Part shown: piece after piece, positions 12,248-25,100 of the stretch
How positions within the stretch are numbered: position 1 is the stretch's first letter
How the letters are laid out: every line of letters starts with the position of its first letter
Assembly (NCBI GenBank): GCA_965203295.1
Contig: CBDBCZ010000012.1
Span: 384,001 to 448,000, forward strand
Source: Nitrospirales bacterium
GTDB taxonomy: Bacteria; Nitrospirota; Nitrospiria; Nitrospirales; UBA8639
DNA length: 64,000 nt
Direction: 5' to 3'
The notes under the pieces: model-generated
What the model was told of the DNA's origin: nothing
The model's database searches: none
The model's input: the letters and a program-made list of their open reading frames with translations, nothing else
Made by a program: the position numbers and the translations under genes

Positions 12248-13960
12248 CTGTCTGCAAATCAATAGGCAAATTCGCGGCAATGTTTCGAACACACGCCAAT
12301 CAAATGTTTTGACGGAAATGTTATGAATATAATTATTAATTATTACGCCACGCGATACGCGTATCCGCTGCGTTTGAACGGAACCAAAATCCGCTGTAAC
12401 TGAATAATGCGGTCAATTTCCATTACAGGAGGGATTTACCGCGAATGTAAGGCTTACGTGTTTCGAGCTGGTAAGTGAATATAGGGCTTAGAGCCTGTAC
12501 GGTGGAAAGACTGACAAATTATTGTTTCTGGGCTTTCTTCCGTCTTTATACTCTAACCCTGCATAGTTTTTGCGGCCTTCCATAATTTGCTGTGTTGTCG
12601 GGCTATGAGCGTCAAAACCGTACATAATCATGAATTTTTAAAAGGGCGAGCGACTGCCCAGGGTCCGGTGGGAGAGGGGTAATTATTTATTTAATATGTC
12701 AGCCACAGCAAGTATCGCGTACAGCATGAAAGAAAGTTGGGTTTCCATATATAATGACCTCCTTTGACACGCCTCCCTCTCCTAAAGTGTACTCTTGTAT
12801 GTGTAGCTATATATGAGATGGGTAGGCACCTGCATGGTCACTCCTACAGTCCTAGACTCGTTCCCGCAACTGAACTGCAGGCGCCCGGGACTGGGAATGA
12901 GGTTAGTCACTCCTACACGGTGGGCACATACATATAGGGTTATCAGTAAGGTAACTTACAACACCCATTAGGTACAGTACTGTTGCACATTGTGCATCGT
13001 TCCCTATATCATATGTCTTACTGCTTCATGTATACATAACATCTATAGCAAGCTCCAGTTTTTTAATTGTTTATTGTTGAAGTAACGGCATGCTTATGTT
13101 TGAACTCTTCTGTAGTTGCATGGTTATAGCAGATGTTGACCTATTAGTGATCTCATTTTAATTGGCTTACAGCACTAGACTGAGAGGCGATAGGCTACAG
13201 GATATTACTATTACTGTTATTGGATTATAGAAGTAGGTAATAACATGCTAGAGTAAGCAGTATTACCAAACATGTACTTGATAGTAGTAAGGCCTTCAAT
13301 TGCATAACTATGAAATGAATATCAGTCACGAACATATCTGCATACACACTACCATACAAGTTGCCAGCCTTACTCAATCTTAACTGCACTGTAGCTGGTA
13401 GCCACACAGTAGGGTGATGAACCTGCATGGTCCACAGACTTCTCAAAAATAATAGTTTAATTTGCAGGTCCAGTGCCACTCTCTGTATGCCTCAATTTTT
13501 GTGTTGGGGAATTGGAAATACGACTCTCCAGATTGTATACTGTTCTTTTGTGTTACATGTGCAAGGGGAGTTACCGTGGGCTATACATAGACCTTGCCAA
13601 ACACATGCACCTCTTTTATCCCTACCTTAGAGACGCCTCATGTTAAGACATAAATGGTTTGATTACACGCCAAGTCTTCCCACCCATCTGTATAGCAGAC
13701 TAGTAATATTAACCTGGTGTGGTGCCCTTCACATGACTGCCTGCATACCTGTCTGTAAACACAAAATATCATGAACTCTTGCTAAGTGCAATTAAAATTC
13801 CATGTTTGAAGGTATTGAAACCACATCTGGAATATCTCCAGTTCTGTAATGTGATAGTACTTGAATGAAATGCTTGCGTTATGACCATGAATGGCATGCT
13901 GTGTGATGATACATTTGAAGCCTGTAAAGTATGTCACTTTATTATACAGCAGAAAGCTGA

Positions 13961-15019
13961 TTACATTGCATTTGTGGACATGTTCATGGCACTGCAGTCT
14001 TGGATTCTTTCCAATACAACTCCAAGTCGGGACAAAAATTCTTTTCGCTCTGCACTATTAAGCTTCCTCACAGATGAATACGATCTATTATCAGTACTGT
14101 GTATATGCTCTTCCAGTATGATGTCACCTTGCCCAGAGCTATGCAGCCACTCTATTGCTTCTATAGTACTTCTTCTAAACAGACATATTCTTTGGAGAAA
14201 GAATACTTGAAGTTGATAGTTTGATGGTTTCTTATTTGCAGATACATACCCAATCCAAAATCCAGACTCATTGTCGATAAGAAGTAGATTACCAGACTGT
14301 GATCTCTCCAGGTTTTGGATGCACTTTTCCATCATATGCGGATTCCATTGGAGGTTCAGAAGGTTACTGAACAATCTATCAGTGTGTCCAATAATAAAGT
14401 CAAACACGATCATATCTGTCCATTGCATAAGTACCATTTGGTCAGAGGCACTAATATTATTCATACTTTCAAGGTCCAGCACTGTATCTTCTGGTTTGAG
14501 CAAGTTCGGCATGTATACCTTTTCTAGTCCATCAATATATAGTACCATCACGACAGGACTTCCATCTTCCCAACCGGCCTCTATAGCTGTATTGGCGACG
14601 TTTGTCCACTGGCTGCTGGAAAAATCAACCTTTACGATTGTAGTAGGGGAAGCATTCCACATCCGCAAGAGATCGTTGAAGTGATAAGAGTACAAGTCTC
14701 CGCGCAATTCATTTTTGTTGTCCCTGTAGCGGCAGCAAACCTTCGTACCGTCTTCTAGTACAGCTAGTCGGTTCTTCATCCGTCCACAGCCCATTTGTAA
14801 ACTTACCACGCGGAGAGTTGTAGCCTTTCTTCTAAATCTTTCTCCTTCCTCTTCGCTAAATAGTCGTTGCATTTTTTTCTCGACATCACTGCTCCAGTAC
14901 ACATCGTTTGGTAGAGGCAATTGCTTGTTGCTCGCAGTATTCACTTCACCCGTCGTCAAGACAAATGCAATGGCGAGATTTAATAGTATCAGAGCAGGAC
15001 CCATAACAATAGCTTGCAT
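13961..15019 (-). CDS. FJX1: Four-jointed-like Golgi/secretory-pathway kinase (single exon)
   Basis: N-terminal signal anchor; motifs CGRMKNRL, KVCCRYR, QWTDMIVFDFIIGHTDRL, NLQWNP, LLIDNESG (the four-jointed DNE motif) and C-terminal CLFRRST. Confidence 0.9.
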   Translation of the reverse strand: MQAIVMGPALILLNLAIAFVLTTGEVNTASNKQLPLPNDVYWSSDVEKKMQRLFSEEEGERFRRKATTLRVVSLQMGCGRMKNRLAVLEDGTKVCCRYRDNKNELRGDLYSYHFNDLLRMWNASPTTIVKVDFSSSQWTNVANTAIEAGWEDGSPVVMVLYIDGLEKVYMPNLLKPEDTVLDLESMNNISASDQMVLMQWTDMIVFDFIIGHTDRLFSNLLNLQWNPHMMEKCIQNLERSQSGNLLLIDNESGFWIGYVSANKKPSNYQLQVFFLQRICLFRRSTIEAIEWLHSSGQGDIILEEHIHSTDNRSYSSVRKLNSAERKEFLSRLGVVLERIQDCSAMNMSTNAM

Positions 15020-15512
15020 TGCCGTCTACTGGTCTGAAATGTAGCTACATCGCTACATGCAGGTACTGTTCAGAAGGTAGTAAACTGAGACATGCAGCCA
15101 TACAACTGTCACATATCGAAAATTCCGACATAAATGATATGATTGCCCGAAATATGTGCTCGTACAAAATTAATTAGGTTGGAGAAGTCTAGTCTACTGT
15201 AGCATTATTTTACTACCTGTACTTATTAGTATGCATGATCAGGATTCAGCTGTGATTTGGAAGATAATAAGCGCACGAGCACTAGGCAAACACAAGCCAA
15301 GTGCTGCTATTATATAAAAGGACAAAAACTATGTAAAAATTAAGCTATAGGTGCTACTATTGTAAGTTGGAGGATCAATCATGCATGCCCTTGCTATCCT
15401 ACTCTTCATTGGAAGGATATCATAAGGAACCAACTCCCTCCCCCCTTCTTTCTCTACTTTATATTCTCTTCCTATTCACAGGTGGCTCCTTATGAATTCA
15501 GAAAACATTGCA

Positions 15513-15763
15513 AACTCTTCAAGAGATGATAAGCTTCCTGAGAGAGAGTAAAGAAATCCAAAACAAACATAAATAAAATACAGGACCCAGCTGGGGATTG
15601 AACCCAGGACCTACTGAATACTAGTCAGATGCTGTTACCACTGAGCTACTGGAGCCCCTTGGCAAAGGAGCAGTAGGCAAGCTTTATATAGCCACTAAAC
15701 CCACTAGTAGCGCTCGTTAGTAGGACCCAGCCAATTCCAACTGTAATTACTCTCTCATTAGGC
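15513..15763 (-). repeat. tRNA-containing interspersed repeat, copy 1 (tRNA-Thr(AGT)-like cloverleaf at 15583-15655)
   Basis: Minus strand reads gctccag-tagctcagtggtaacagca-tctga-ctAGTat-tcagt-aggtc-ctgggttcaatccccag-ctgggtc. TATA box about 35 nt upstream; T-rich tract downstream; flanks shared with the copy at 38094. Confidence 0.75.
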
Positions 15764-16133
15764 CTCTCCCCCATCTCCTAAACATGCAAGAGCACAAGAG
15801 CAGATACAGATTGCACTATCCTCTTCGTATACTTCCCCAGAATAGTCAATTGTACATGTACTACTAGATTTCCTTCAATGAAATGTCAAAGCCGTAAGTA
15901 GAACGAGAAAAAGCCCTATTGTACATGTAGCTGGCTACAGTTTAATAAGTAATTAAGTCCTAGACCCTCCCACATCTTAATAATGAGAGAAGAACTGCTA
16001 CCTGGTCAATATTCATAGACAAAAATTAATACTGTTGTGTGGGGTTACGCAACAAACCTAAAATTCACAAAGACATGCTAAAATGATCACCCTTTCTCAA
16101 GTTACATACATTAATACAAAGTATGACATAAAT

Positions 16134-19100
16134 CTAACTTCTACCTCTCCTATTAGGTGGCTCATCATACAGTTTCGGATTAGGGTCTTTCTTGAGTCTC
16201 TCATACGTTTTTTTAGCTTCTGCTTCTCTTTTTTTGGCATGATCAATGAGTACAGCACTTCTGTAACCTGAAATAGTAAGTATCATACAAGCACATAAAC
16301 AACCATGGTGCTCAAAAGGTATCGTCTGCACTTGCCACACACAGTATTGCTATGTTTGTGTATCATGGGGATTAGTAAGCTAAGCCTGCAAAGAAGTTAC
16401 TCATGCTATACATATATACCCTGTCATCCAACATGTTTATATGATCTACTTACTCTGATTCCCCATTCTGGATTCCTTTTGTGGTACACATGCACACATA
16501 CATGTTTTCATGTGATGTCTGAAACTGCAGCCAGAAAAGTTCAGGGTGTGGTTGCAGCTATAGTAACTAGTCTCTAGAAACATTTGCTATGACATTGTGC
16601 TGCATAATGGGACCTAGTCTATTGAGCTAGACTCTCCTCCATGCAAAGCTTTGCATGGAGGCTAGCTCAATAGACTAAACAGTACTCTGAACTCTGGGCT
16701 GGACTTAGTTAGTGTTGCAGCCATACCCAGGCTTGTAGCATGTTGCATGGGCGTATCAAAGGGACCAACAGTGCAATATATTTCATATTGCATGGCTTCT
16801 GGTGCAATCTATATATTTATTGTACACTGCGTGGGTGGATCAAAGGAACACACCTGTACTGTATTTTCCATACAGTGAACAAGGGTGCTGTATTGCACAT
16901 ACAGCACTGTGGGTGAACACTACAGTATTGCGGTTGACGTTATCATAACATTTCCAGGCACTTTTACAGTTTCAAACTAGAAGTCTCTAGCAGAGACATA
17001 CCCTGCGCCCCTGGACCCTGCAGACTGGAAACAGCATGTAGATCCGTATACCGTGTTCATGTAACGCCGTATACGAGCTGTAGGCATGGCTGGTCGCCGT
17101 AGTAATGACACAGGCGTTTCTCTATGCATACTCCAGTATGCTTTCTATCTCTTCTATGCTCCATGTTGAATAAAAGACTCGTATACCATACTTGAGCACT
17201 CACGTATGTCCGTATTCAAGCTGTAGGCATGACCAACTGCCGTAATAAAAAAGGCGTAACCAACTGCCGTATTAAAAAAATGGTGGAACACATAGATAAT
17301 CAGAAAAAGCATGGAAATGTCGAGAATAAACCGCTTTCTACTACCGTATTTCCGTGATCAGACGCCGCGGCTACGAATTATTTCATTGCGCGATTATCTG
17401 CGGCCACTATTCGAGGGTAGCCACTAATCGAGGGCGGCGTTTATTAGATTGAGCGGTTTACTGGATACGCAGCGATGCACAACGGCAGTTCAAATCCGTT
17501 TGAAAATTGCCGTTTGTGCCTCAACACTATCAAAAAGCTGTCACGCTACAATGCCAGCTGTTTTTTGGGGGGAGAGATATCAAAAATATAGACTCGCGGG
17601 CGGCCTCCGTCAGGCTCCAATCCCTTCGCAACCTCGAAAAAGACAAAGGTGAGGTCCGATAACTGTTAGCTAGCAAAGTTAAGTATTACTCTACTTTTAC
17701 AGTAGTTACTACAGCTTCTTGCTTATTCTTACCATGGTATTTGAATTTTAGCCGCGGCTACTAATCGAGGGCGGCCACTATTTCGTTCAGCACTTCCGGA
17801 GGTGCGGCTATAATTCGAGGGCGGCTACAAATCAAGGGCGGCATCTGATCGCGGAAATACGGTATATCAGGTACAGACAAGCTAATGTATCACAGATTTC
17901 AACATTAACCTCCTGTTTAGAAATTGTTGTAGCCTCTAAATCGCCCATTCGAAGTTTTTTTCAAAAAAATTATGACAGACGACGACAACGACGACGACAG
18001 ACGGACATAACCAATTGCTTAACCCAGCTTGCACATACGTGCGTGGGGTAATTAATTATCAGGTAAGCAGCAGTACTAGTATAGCACAACAGTACACAAG
18101 CATAAGATTACTTTTTACCAGCCGGAGCGCGCGCAGCGCGCGAACGGCTGGTACTAAGATTGATTTACGTTTTCCGCGTTTGTTTGTTTGTTTGTTTGTG
18201 CGTCCGCACTTATCACGTGCGCAAAATATTACGTCATACGTTACTATGCAACTGCAGTGTATAGCAGCTTTTGGAAGTTTGCGGGCCAAGCTACAGCAAA
18301 TGAAGGTAGTTTTGTGTTGCCTAGATGACGAAAACGTGGTAGGTAGCCGTAAAGATCCTATTTTGGTGGCGTATAGCTACTATCTGGAGGCGCATGACGA
18401 AACTGCTGAGTCAGCACTTTCGCTGTACCGTTCTAGGAATAATTATAGTATCTCTGGCTCTACAGCTGTAGTTCAATAGCTTGGTCTAAGCTGAGTTGTG
18501 TGTATTGTACGGGAAAGGCGTCCGGCTGGTTTTTTAGACATGAAATGTCAGACTTGTTCCAAGTTAGACATACACCTCACTATGCAGTGAAGTTGTTCTG
18601 ACAAGAGTTGGTAAATCTTCAAGAAAAGCTAAACAAAGCTCGTAAAGCACCATTTGCTCGGTAGGCCCTACAGTAAATCGGCCAACAGGAATCAAGACGG
18701 ACATAACATATTGGCAGATGAAGCTACAGCACGTAAAACACTCTGAGAAATTGTAGCAGGACTGAACGACAGCTAGGAAACACAGAAAGTAACCATCTAT
18801 CTCGAGCCTAGTGCAGTTTTGACACAAAATAGTAGGCTGGCAACGTCAACACACGCACGAAAACACATAAACTCAGCAAATAGCTTACCGTGCTGTCCCA
18901 CATCGCTCGAAATCAAGTCCTCTAGATCTAGTAGCTACTGCACTATAGTCGGTACATGTACAACAAATTTTAATCCTGATGTGGTTCCGTCAATCCACCC
19001 ACGCTGTGACAATAAACCAGTTGAAGCACCGTATATATTCATAAATTATTGCACTCGGGCGGGTCGAGAGGCACATACAGCACGAGGCTGGCCTTCGGCC

Positions 19101-22100
19101 TCGTGCTGTATGTGCCTCTCGACCCACTCCTCGTGCAATAATTTCCGTGCTGCACTCACTACGGTGCTTTAACTAATACATATTGCATCGGAAAGATATA
19201 TTGCACCGAAACTACCAACAGTGGTTCACAGATTATGAAAAGACAAACACCAAGAACGTGCTATAGAATTCATTTAACTTGACCGACTAGAGCTGGCTAG
19301 GCTTTCTAGAGCTCAGTAGACATTCACCAAGAGGTACTCAGCGGGGTATTTTAAGCGCTAAGCGTGACAAAAGTCTTTAACTACTCAAAATCTTCTCTAT
19401 ACCATCACAGACAGCACCGCTAGCAACTCTATTCAACTCCTAGCAACTCTATTCAAGATTAAAGCCAGCTAGTGGCTACAACAGTACACCAATCTAGCCC
19501 TTGCTTAGCCTCAACAGCTGGCAGTATGATGGTATTTCTGATGCCCAGCACTCTTACTGCTCAATCAAACAAGCCCAGTCTGTTCCATGCTACATATAAG
19601 TTAAACCACAGCTCCAGGTGGGGTGCATGTATGGGAAATCCACTCCAGCCCTTGGAGCTGTGGTTAAACCAATACTTGGCTGCTAGCCATATTAATGACA
19701 CAACAATTAAATGAACACATGTCCAGAGTCTGGCCTCTGCCGTATTGGAGTTTTTGACCACACTAAAAATGGTATTAGAGTTGTTGACCATGTTAAAAAT
19801 GGCCATAGAAAGAGCTGGACACTGGCAGAATAAAACTGTTTTGATCACTATTACAGATATACGTACTTTCATTAATATTTCGTTTAATGAAAAGCAGGAT
19901 CACCCACACAGAATGATGTACCCATAAATAGATATAACTGAGCAATGCAATATAGTAAACAACTGGGCATGCTGGCAATGGCATCCAAAAGCACTCATTG
20001 CTTGCTTTCTACTAGCACTTTTTATGGTCCTACTATGCTTTGTAACAAAAAAATAGCCACAAGAACAATGTGATCTTCTAACATTGGTAAGAGCACCACA
20101 ATCAGGGCATTTTTTAGATAGAGGCATGCTTGCCAACCCTTTTTGCCTGTAACAATGCAAAAAGAAGACAGCTCACCACAGTCGCAAAAGACGGCTCCGT
20201 TCAAACGTTACACGTGGCAAAGCTCGCCGGTATCACGCGCGCTGCAATCCCGTGATCGATCACATGTACTGATCTGTAGTATACACATGTAGGTCTATAG
20301 TCGCGCTCGAGATTTCGCTATATCTCTCGAAAGGAAGATGTTTAGAGAAATCTACGAGTCAGATCACTAAAGCGTGTCGTTTACATCTCGCTGGTATTGC
20401 AATTTTACCACTCAGTCCACTCGTGAAGCCGAGAGTGTCGAAAATGACAGAAAGACGGACAGACAGAATGACACAAACCGACTACTGTAACCCTCGCGCA
20501 TGCGCGCGCCGAGGGTTAATGAAGAAGTAGAGTTTAGCAGCAGCACTGACAGTGCAGTCACATAAGAATGTATGTATTTCCATATCATAATTTAGAAAGT
20601 ACACACACATTCATGGAAAATGCTGCCCGGACTGACTAAATAGCGAGGGCTCACAAACTCATGCTTACCCCAATTAGGTCAAACACAGCTGCTTAACAAA
20701 TGCAGCCTAGTAACCGACTTTTTTTTTGCCTTAGGGATGGCTGGGTATGAGGCTATAATGTCCGTTTATAACATGTACTTACTCTCTTTCACAGTTGTGA
20801 TAAGGCCACCTTCTTCTTTTTTCTGTTCTTGGGAGGGGTGCTTGATCAGCTCAGGGATGTTCAAGGCAGCCCTAGCTGGTGGTACTTTGAGCAGTAATAT
20901 TTGGCCCAATGAGAAGCCTGATGCTGTCAGCCAGTACATGAAAAGACCCTAGAAAGAACAGCAAAAGACTGTAAATCAGTTAGTGCAAAACTCAAAGCAC
21001 TCACAAGGCTATAATATCTAATACACAAGCCTGGTATGTCTTGCACAGTCATTGATGATGTTTCATGTTGTGGATGGTACGCTTAACAGCACATCACCCA
21101 CACAAGTGCTATTGATTTCATTGCGTAGTAAGCTCAAGAGAGGACTGACAATGGTACACACACATGCTTTGATCTTACAAGTTCAATTTCCATTTTCAAA
21201 GTACTATGTGAACATTTCCTGGTATACGGTATTTATATCCCCTTTGTGAAAGGAATACACTGTAGCAATTACAAACTTCAGCCTACACATGTCCTACATT
21301 TACATGTGTATGACTTTCACAGACATTCACCAAGCACTGTGGAGGACTACATAATGCTTAAGTGTATCACTTCATTCTGCAAATGTTTGCCTGCCAAACC
21401 CGTTACAAGACTGAACTTAAAGGAACTACATCACGCAAAATTGCTACGTATACACACACACAAAATTGCTACGTATACACAATTGTGTATATGCATACTC
21501 TTTCTGGATAAGCTCTTTATATAAACGATACATACCTAGCCATTCTGTGCAAGTAATTGCTGGTACCTGTATGACTTACAGACGGAAATGTGGCAGTGAT
21601 TGGAATCAAAAGGATGGACATAGCACGAAAGAAGGTTTTCAGTTTTTCTGTCTGAGGATTTGATACACCCGCTTCTCCTCCAAGCTGAGTGAAAAACATA
21701 ATAGTACAAACGCACATCATCACCATCACAACAAACATTTTTACTACATTTTGGAATGCAGCAGGTATAAAATATGGATGATTGCATATAGAGCGAAAGT
21801 AGGATAAGCTATCCTGCGTACAACGTTGCTGACATTGTATAGAGCACCACACTTCAACCATATGCTCAGAAACAAGTTATAACCTCATACACAGGCTCTT
21901 GCAGGGGAGGAAAGTAGAGCCTGGTACACACCGTTGTGCATGCTCAGTTCCCCCACGATTTCTGGAAATTTGAATATTAGCGGATACTATGGCGCAATAT
22001 TATCCGTCCATCATCGTATCACCGTCCGTTAGTATATTTGGCAAGTTACAAGTGCCAGGGAACAATTCTAAGCCATGTAGATGCCTTGAATGTCCACTTT

Positions 22101-25100
22101 TAAAGCGGTCATAAAGACAATTTTAGTTGGAGAAAGCCAGAAAGAGCTAATTCTACAGCTTACCATACCTCTATACTGCCTCCGTACTACTTCTTACCAT
22201 GTGGCTGAGGTCATTCACGGATACATTTACTGACTTTCCGAAAATTCTTGTGCATGTGCAAACAGTGAATGTTTAACTACACTGCATAAGCACTATTGGG
22301 TAGGGGAGTGAGTAATTTTTTAGTAACTAATTGAGAGTCTAGCTAGCCTTCCTAATTCTGTAGGAGGTGGTCAAACCAACCATACTTGCTGCGTTAGTTC
22401 TGTGTGTTTGCAACTACAAGGTTTATTAATACTGTTGTAAATGCAACCGTCTATAGCTATAATCTGTTCAACGGAACAGGTAACAAAGTTGCAGGCTGCC
22501 GTCACAATCATATATATATTATCACATACTTGCAGCTGGTTGTGTGTGTGCATACGTGACAGAAACTGAAGTTGCATGTATGCATTCCCAGATGTACTTT
22601 GAACCATGACTCAAAAATGAAAAACTCATTTGGGTGAAAAGAGATGATGCTTGCTCTTTCCAGCGGATATCACGAGACAACGCTTGCTCTTTTCGGTGAT
22701 CAGAGGCAGTGGTAAGTAGTGTTACACTATGTGTTCCACATGGATGTGCAACCAGCGCCCCCCGTTGCAACTGGATGCTGCACAGTGGAATGACCAACCC
22801 AGCAATTACTTGTTGCAGGTGTCAATGACTAGTACATTATGCTGGCACAATTTCGAGCGTAATAGTCAAGCATCAGGCATAATGCTTGCATGGTAGAAAA
22901 ATGTTTACATAAAATAAAATATGGAATGAATATGCATGTACAGCTGAAAGTGTTTTTCGTTGCTTACTGACTCCTTCAGTGACAATAAACACTTCAGAAG
23001 ACTACGTCCAAACCGCTCTCATGCTCCACTATTATCATCACTAATACTTGTACTGGCTACTTTGTGTAAAGTTCTAAGGTCTTAATATAGAGGACTATAA
23101 TCAAGCATATTAGGTAATGTGAGCAAGCATAATAGGTCATATGATCACGAAAAGGAGCATAGCATAATAAGTAAATTAAAAAGCATAATGTGCTCCCACT
23201 GTGCATCACGAGTTTGAAGGCAACAAGCATGCATGGCGGCTTGTGGCTTTCACTTTTGGTACTGTTTTGTGTTTGTCTGGTGTTATTTCATGATAAGTAG
23301 TGTGTGCGTTCCACACAGATGCGGAAGTATTATGATTTGTCTTAAGGTTGTATCAGGGCAGCTACACTGTCCGGTTCTACAACCAGGCAAAGCTGCAACG
23401 GGGATCATCCAGTTGTACATACAACTGGACAACTCTAAGCTACTCAGTGGCGCAACTGGATAAATTGAGTATTATGCACCTGGACAACTTCAGCGCTACC
23501 TGGTTATGCAACAGGGCAGTCCCGTTGTATAACTGGACGCCACTTTGTGCAGGGTTGCGCATTGTGCTGCCCAATTGTGCAGCCTGGGTACGAGGCTGCA
23601 CTTTTCCCGATTTTAATGTGCCTGGGTACGAGGCTAGGTATCCGGTTATGCAAATGGTGACCGGTTGCACAACTGGATAAGTTGTGCATCGGTACGAAAC
23701 ATATACGATTTGATAACAGTAACGAGTTTTCTAAATACATGACTATTGCATGGAGGCCTGCCATATATATAGAGTTTTCACGAGTCGTCACAGATCACGT
23801 GCTCCAGCAGTATATCCGTGTCACATTCCGTTAATGCCCGTTTTTGCCCAACTTGCGTGGGTGAGACTAGATTGGCATGTTATACAGTGGTCTCAGTAAC
23901 AGGGAACTTATGCGTTCAGTATCTTAGCTATCGCTGTGAGTCAGTTTTCAGGTGGGATAAAAATTGAGTGAATCTGCCGTGTAGACTACGAGTACGAGAG
24001 TACTTTCGGTCTTTATGCGTATGGCTATGTACGTTTGCTGCCCACCAAAATGGTGCCCTGACAACAGTTGCTACATGGTACATACACGTGACATAAGATG
24101 TAGTCCCGCGGGCCAGCCCACTTCCGCTTACAGGGAAAGTGGTCTGGGGAATTGCCATACTGGCATACGTCCCGCCGCTCTCTGGAGTGCGGTCCAATCA
24201 CAGTGCAGTATTCAGTCACATGATATATGAAGTATGCAATTAACGGGAAGATTACGCGTTGGCAGTATTACTATGTTGGCAGTAGTCACTTTTTTCGATA
24301 GCAATATTCAGCGACGAAGAGATCTATTGACAGAAATCTCTGCAGAAACATCTGTTGAGCAAGAGCAGAGCAAATGGACTTACCGAGTGAAGCGTCATAA
24401 GTTGGAGTGTAGTAGAGATTGAGAGAGTGGCTGCAGCGGCTGCTAAGAGTTAAAGCATAGATAGTTTGTTTATCAGCCTCCCTTCCTATTTTTTGCAGCT
24501 TTGCGTCGAAGATCTTCCCCCACATTGGTAAAGAAGCGTCACTGCACAGCGCTTTTCTGTCTCCCTGCGAGGTCTTGCAGCCACAGCCAAGGCAGGAAAC
24601 ATCTGATTCCATCGTGCCGTCGCACCGCTTGCGCTGCCGTACTAAGTGTAATGTAGTGCCACAGATAATATAGCTCCGTGACAAAGCTCTACGGTAGTAC
24701 AGCAACAGACGATAGCCACTCATAAACTCACACGTGGTAATTATCCCACGCTAACATGTGACTGTTGCGCAACTAATTAAATTCCGGAACAACGCATGCC
24801 AGTATGGCAGCTCCCCAGACCACCTTCCCTCTAAGCGGAAGTGGGCTGGCCCGCGAGACTACGTAAGATGATGTCAATGAAAACTCTCTATACAAGCTTG
24901 GCCAAAGGCCATGCTTTCTTAACTTACCTCTATAATAGCCATAAACGACATGCACGCCAGTGCTGGAAGAACATAATAGGGATCTGGAACTGTTAGATCA
25001 GTAAACCATAGCATTCCACCAGATTTCATACTCTCCACAGGTACGGCTGCCATTCTACGAATTGCTATAAAGAAACTCAGGAACACTGGTATTTGTACAG

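Larger units (their letters stand above)
9926..12396. mobile_element. Apparently intact two-gene IS630/Tc1/mariner (DD34E) DNA transposon
   Basis: TA at 9924-9925 and 12397-12398. Imperfect TIRs: CAGCGGATTTCATTTCCGTTCGAAC versus reverse-complemented CAGCGGATTTTGGTTCCGTTCAAAC. Two intact convergent ORFs inside. Confidence 0.9.

Noticed and set aside
11678..12265. 195-aa + strand ORF
   Set aside because: Antisense shadow of the transposase; no motifs.
11255..12292. Bacterial IS630 contamination
   Set aside because: Integrated at a TA site between eukaryotic sequences, and the partner gene appears to have a spliceosomal intron.
14271..14684. + strand ORFs overlapping FJX1
   Set aside because: Antisense shadows of the conserved gene.
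15583..15655. Functional canonical tRNA gene
   Set aside because: Mismatches in the acceptor and anticodon stems, and it is part of a larger dispersed repeat; reported as a repeat instead.
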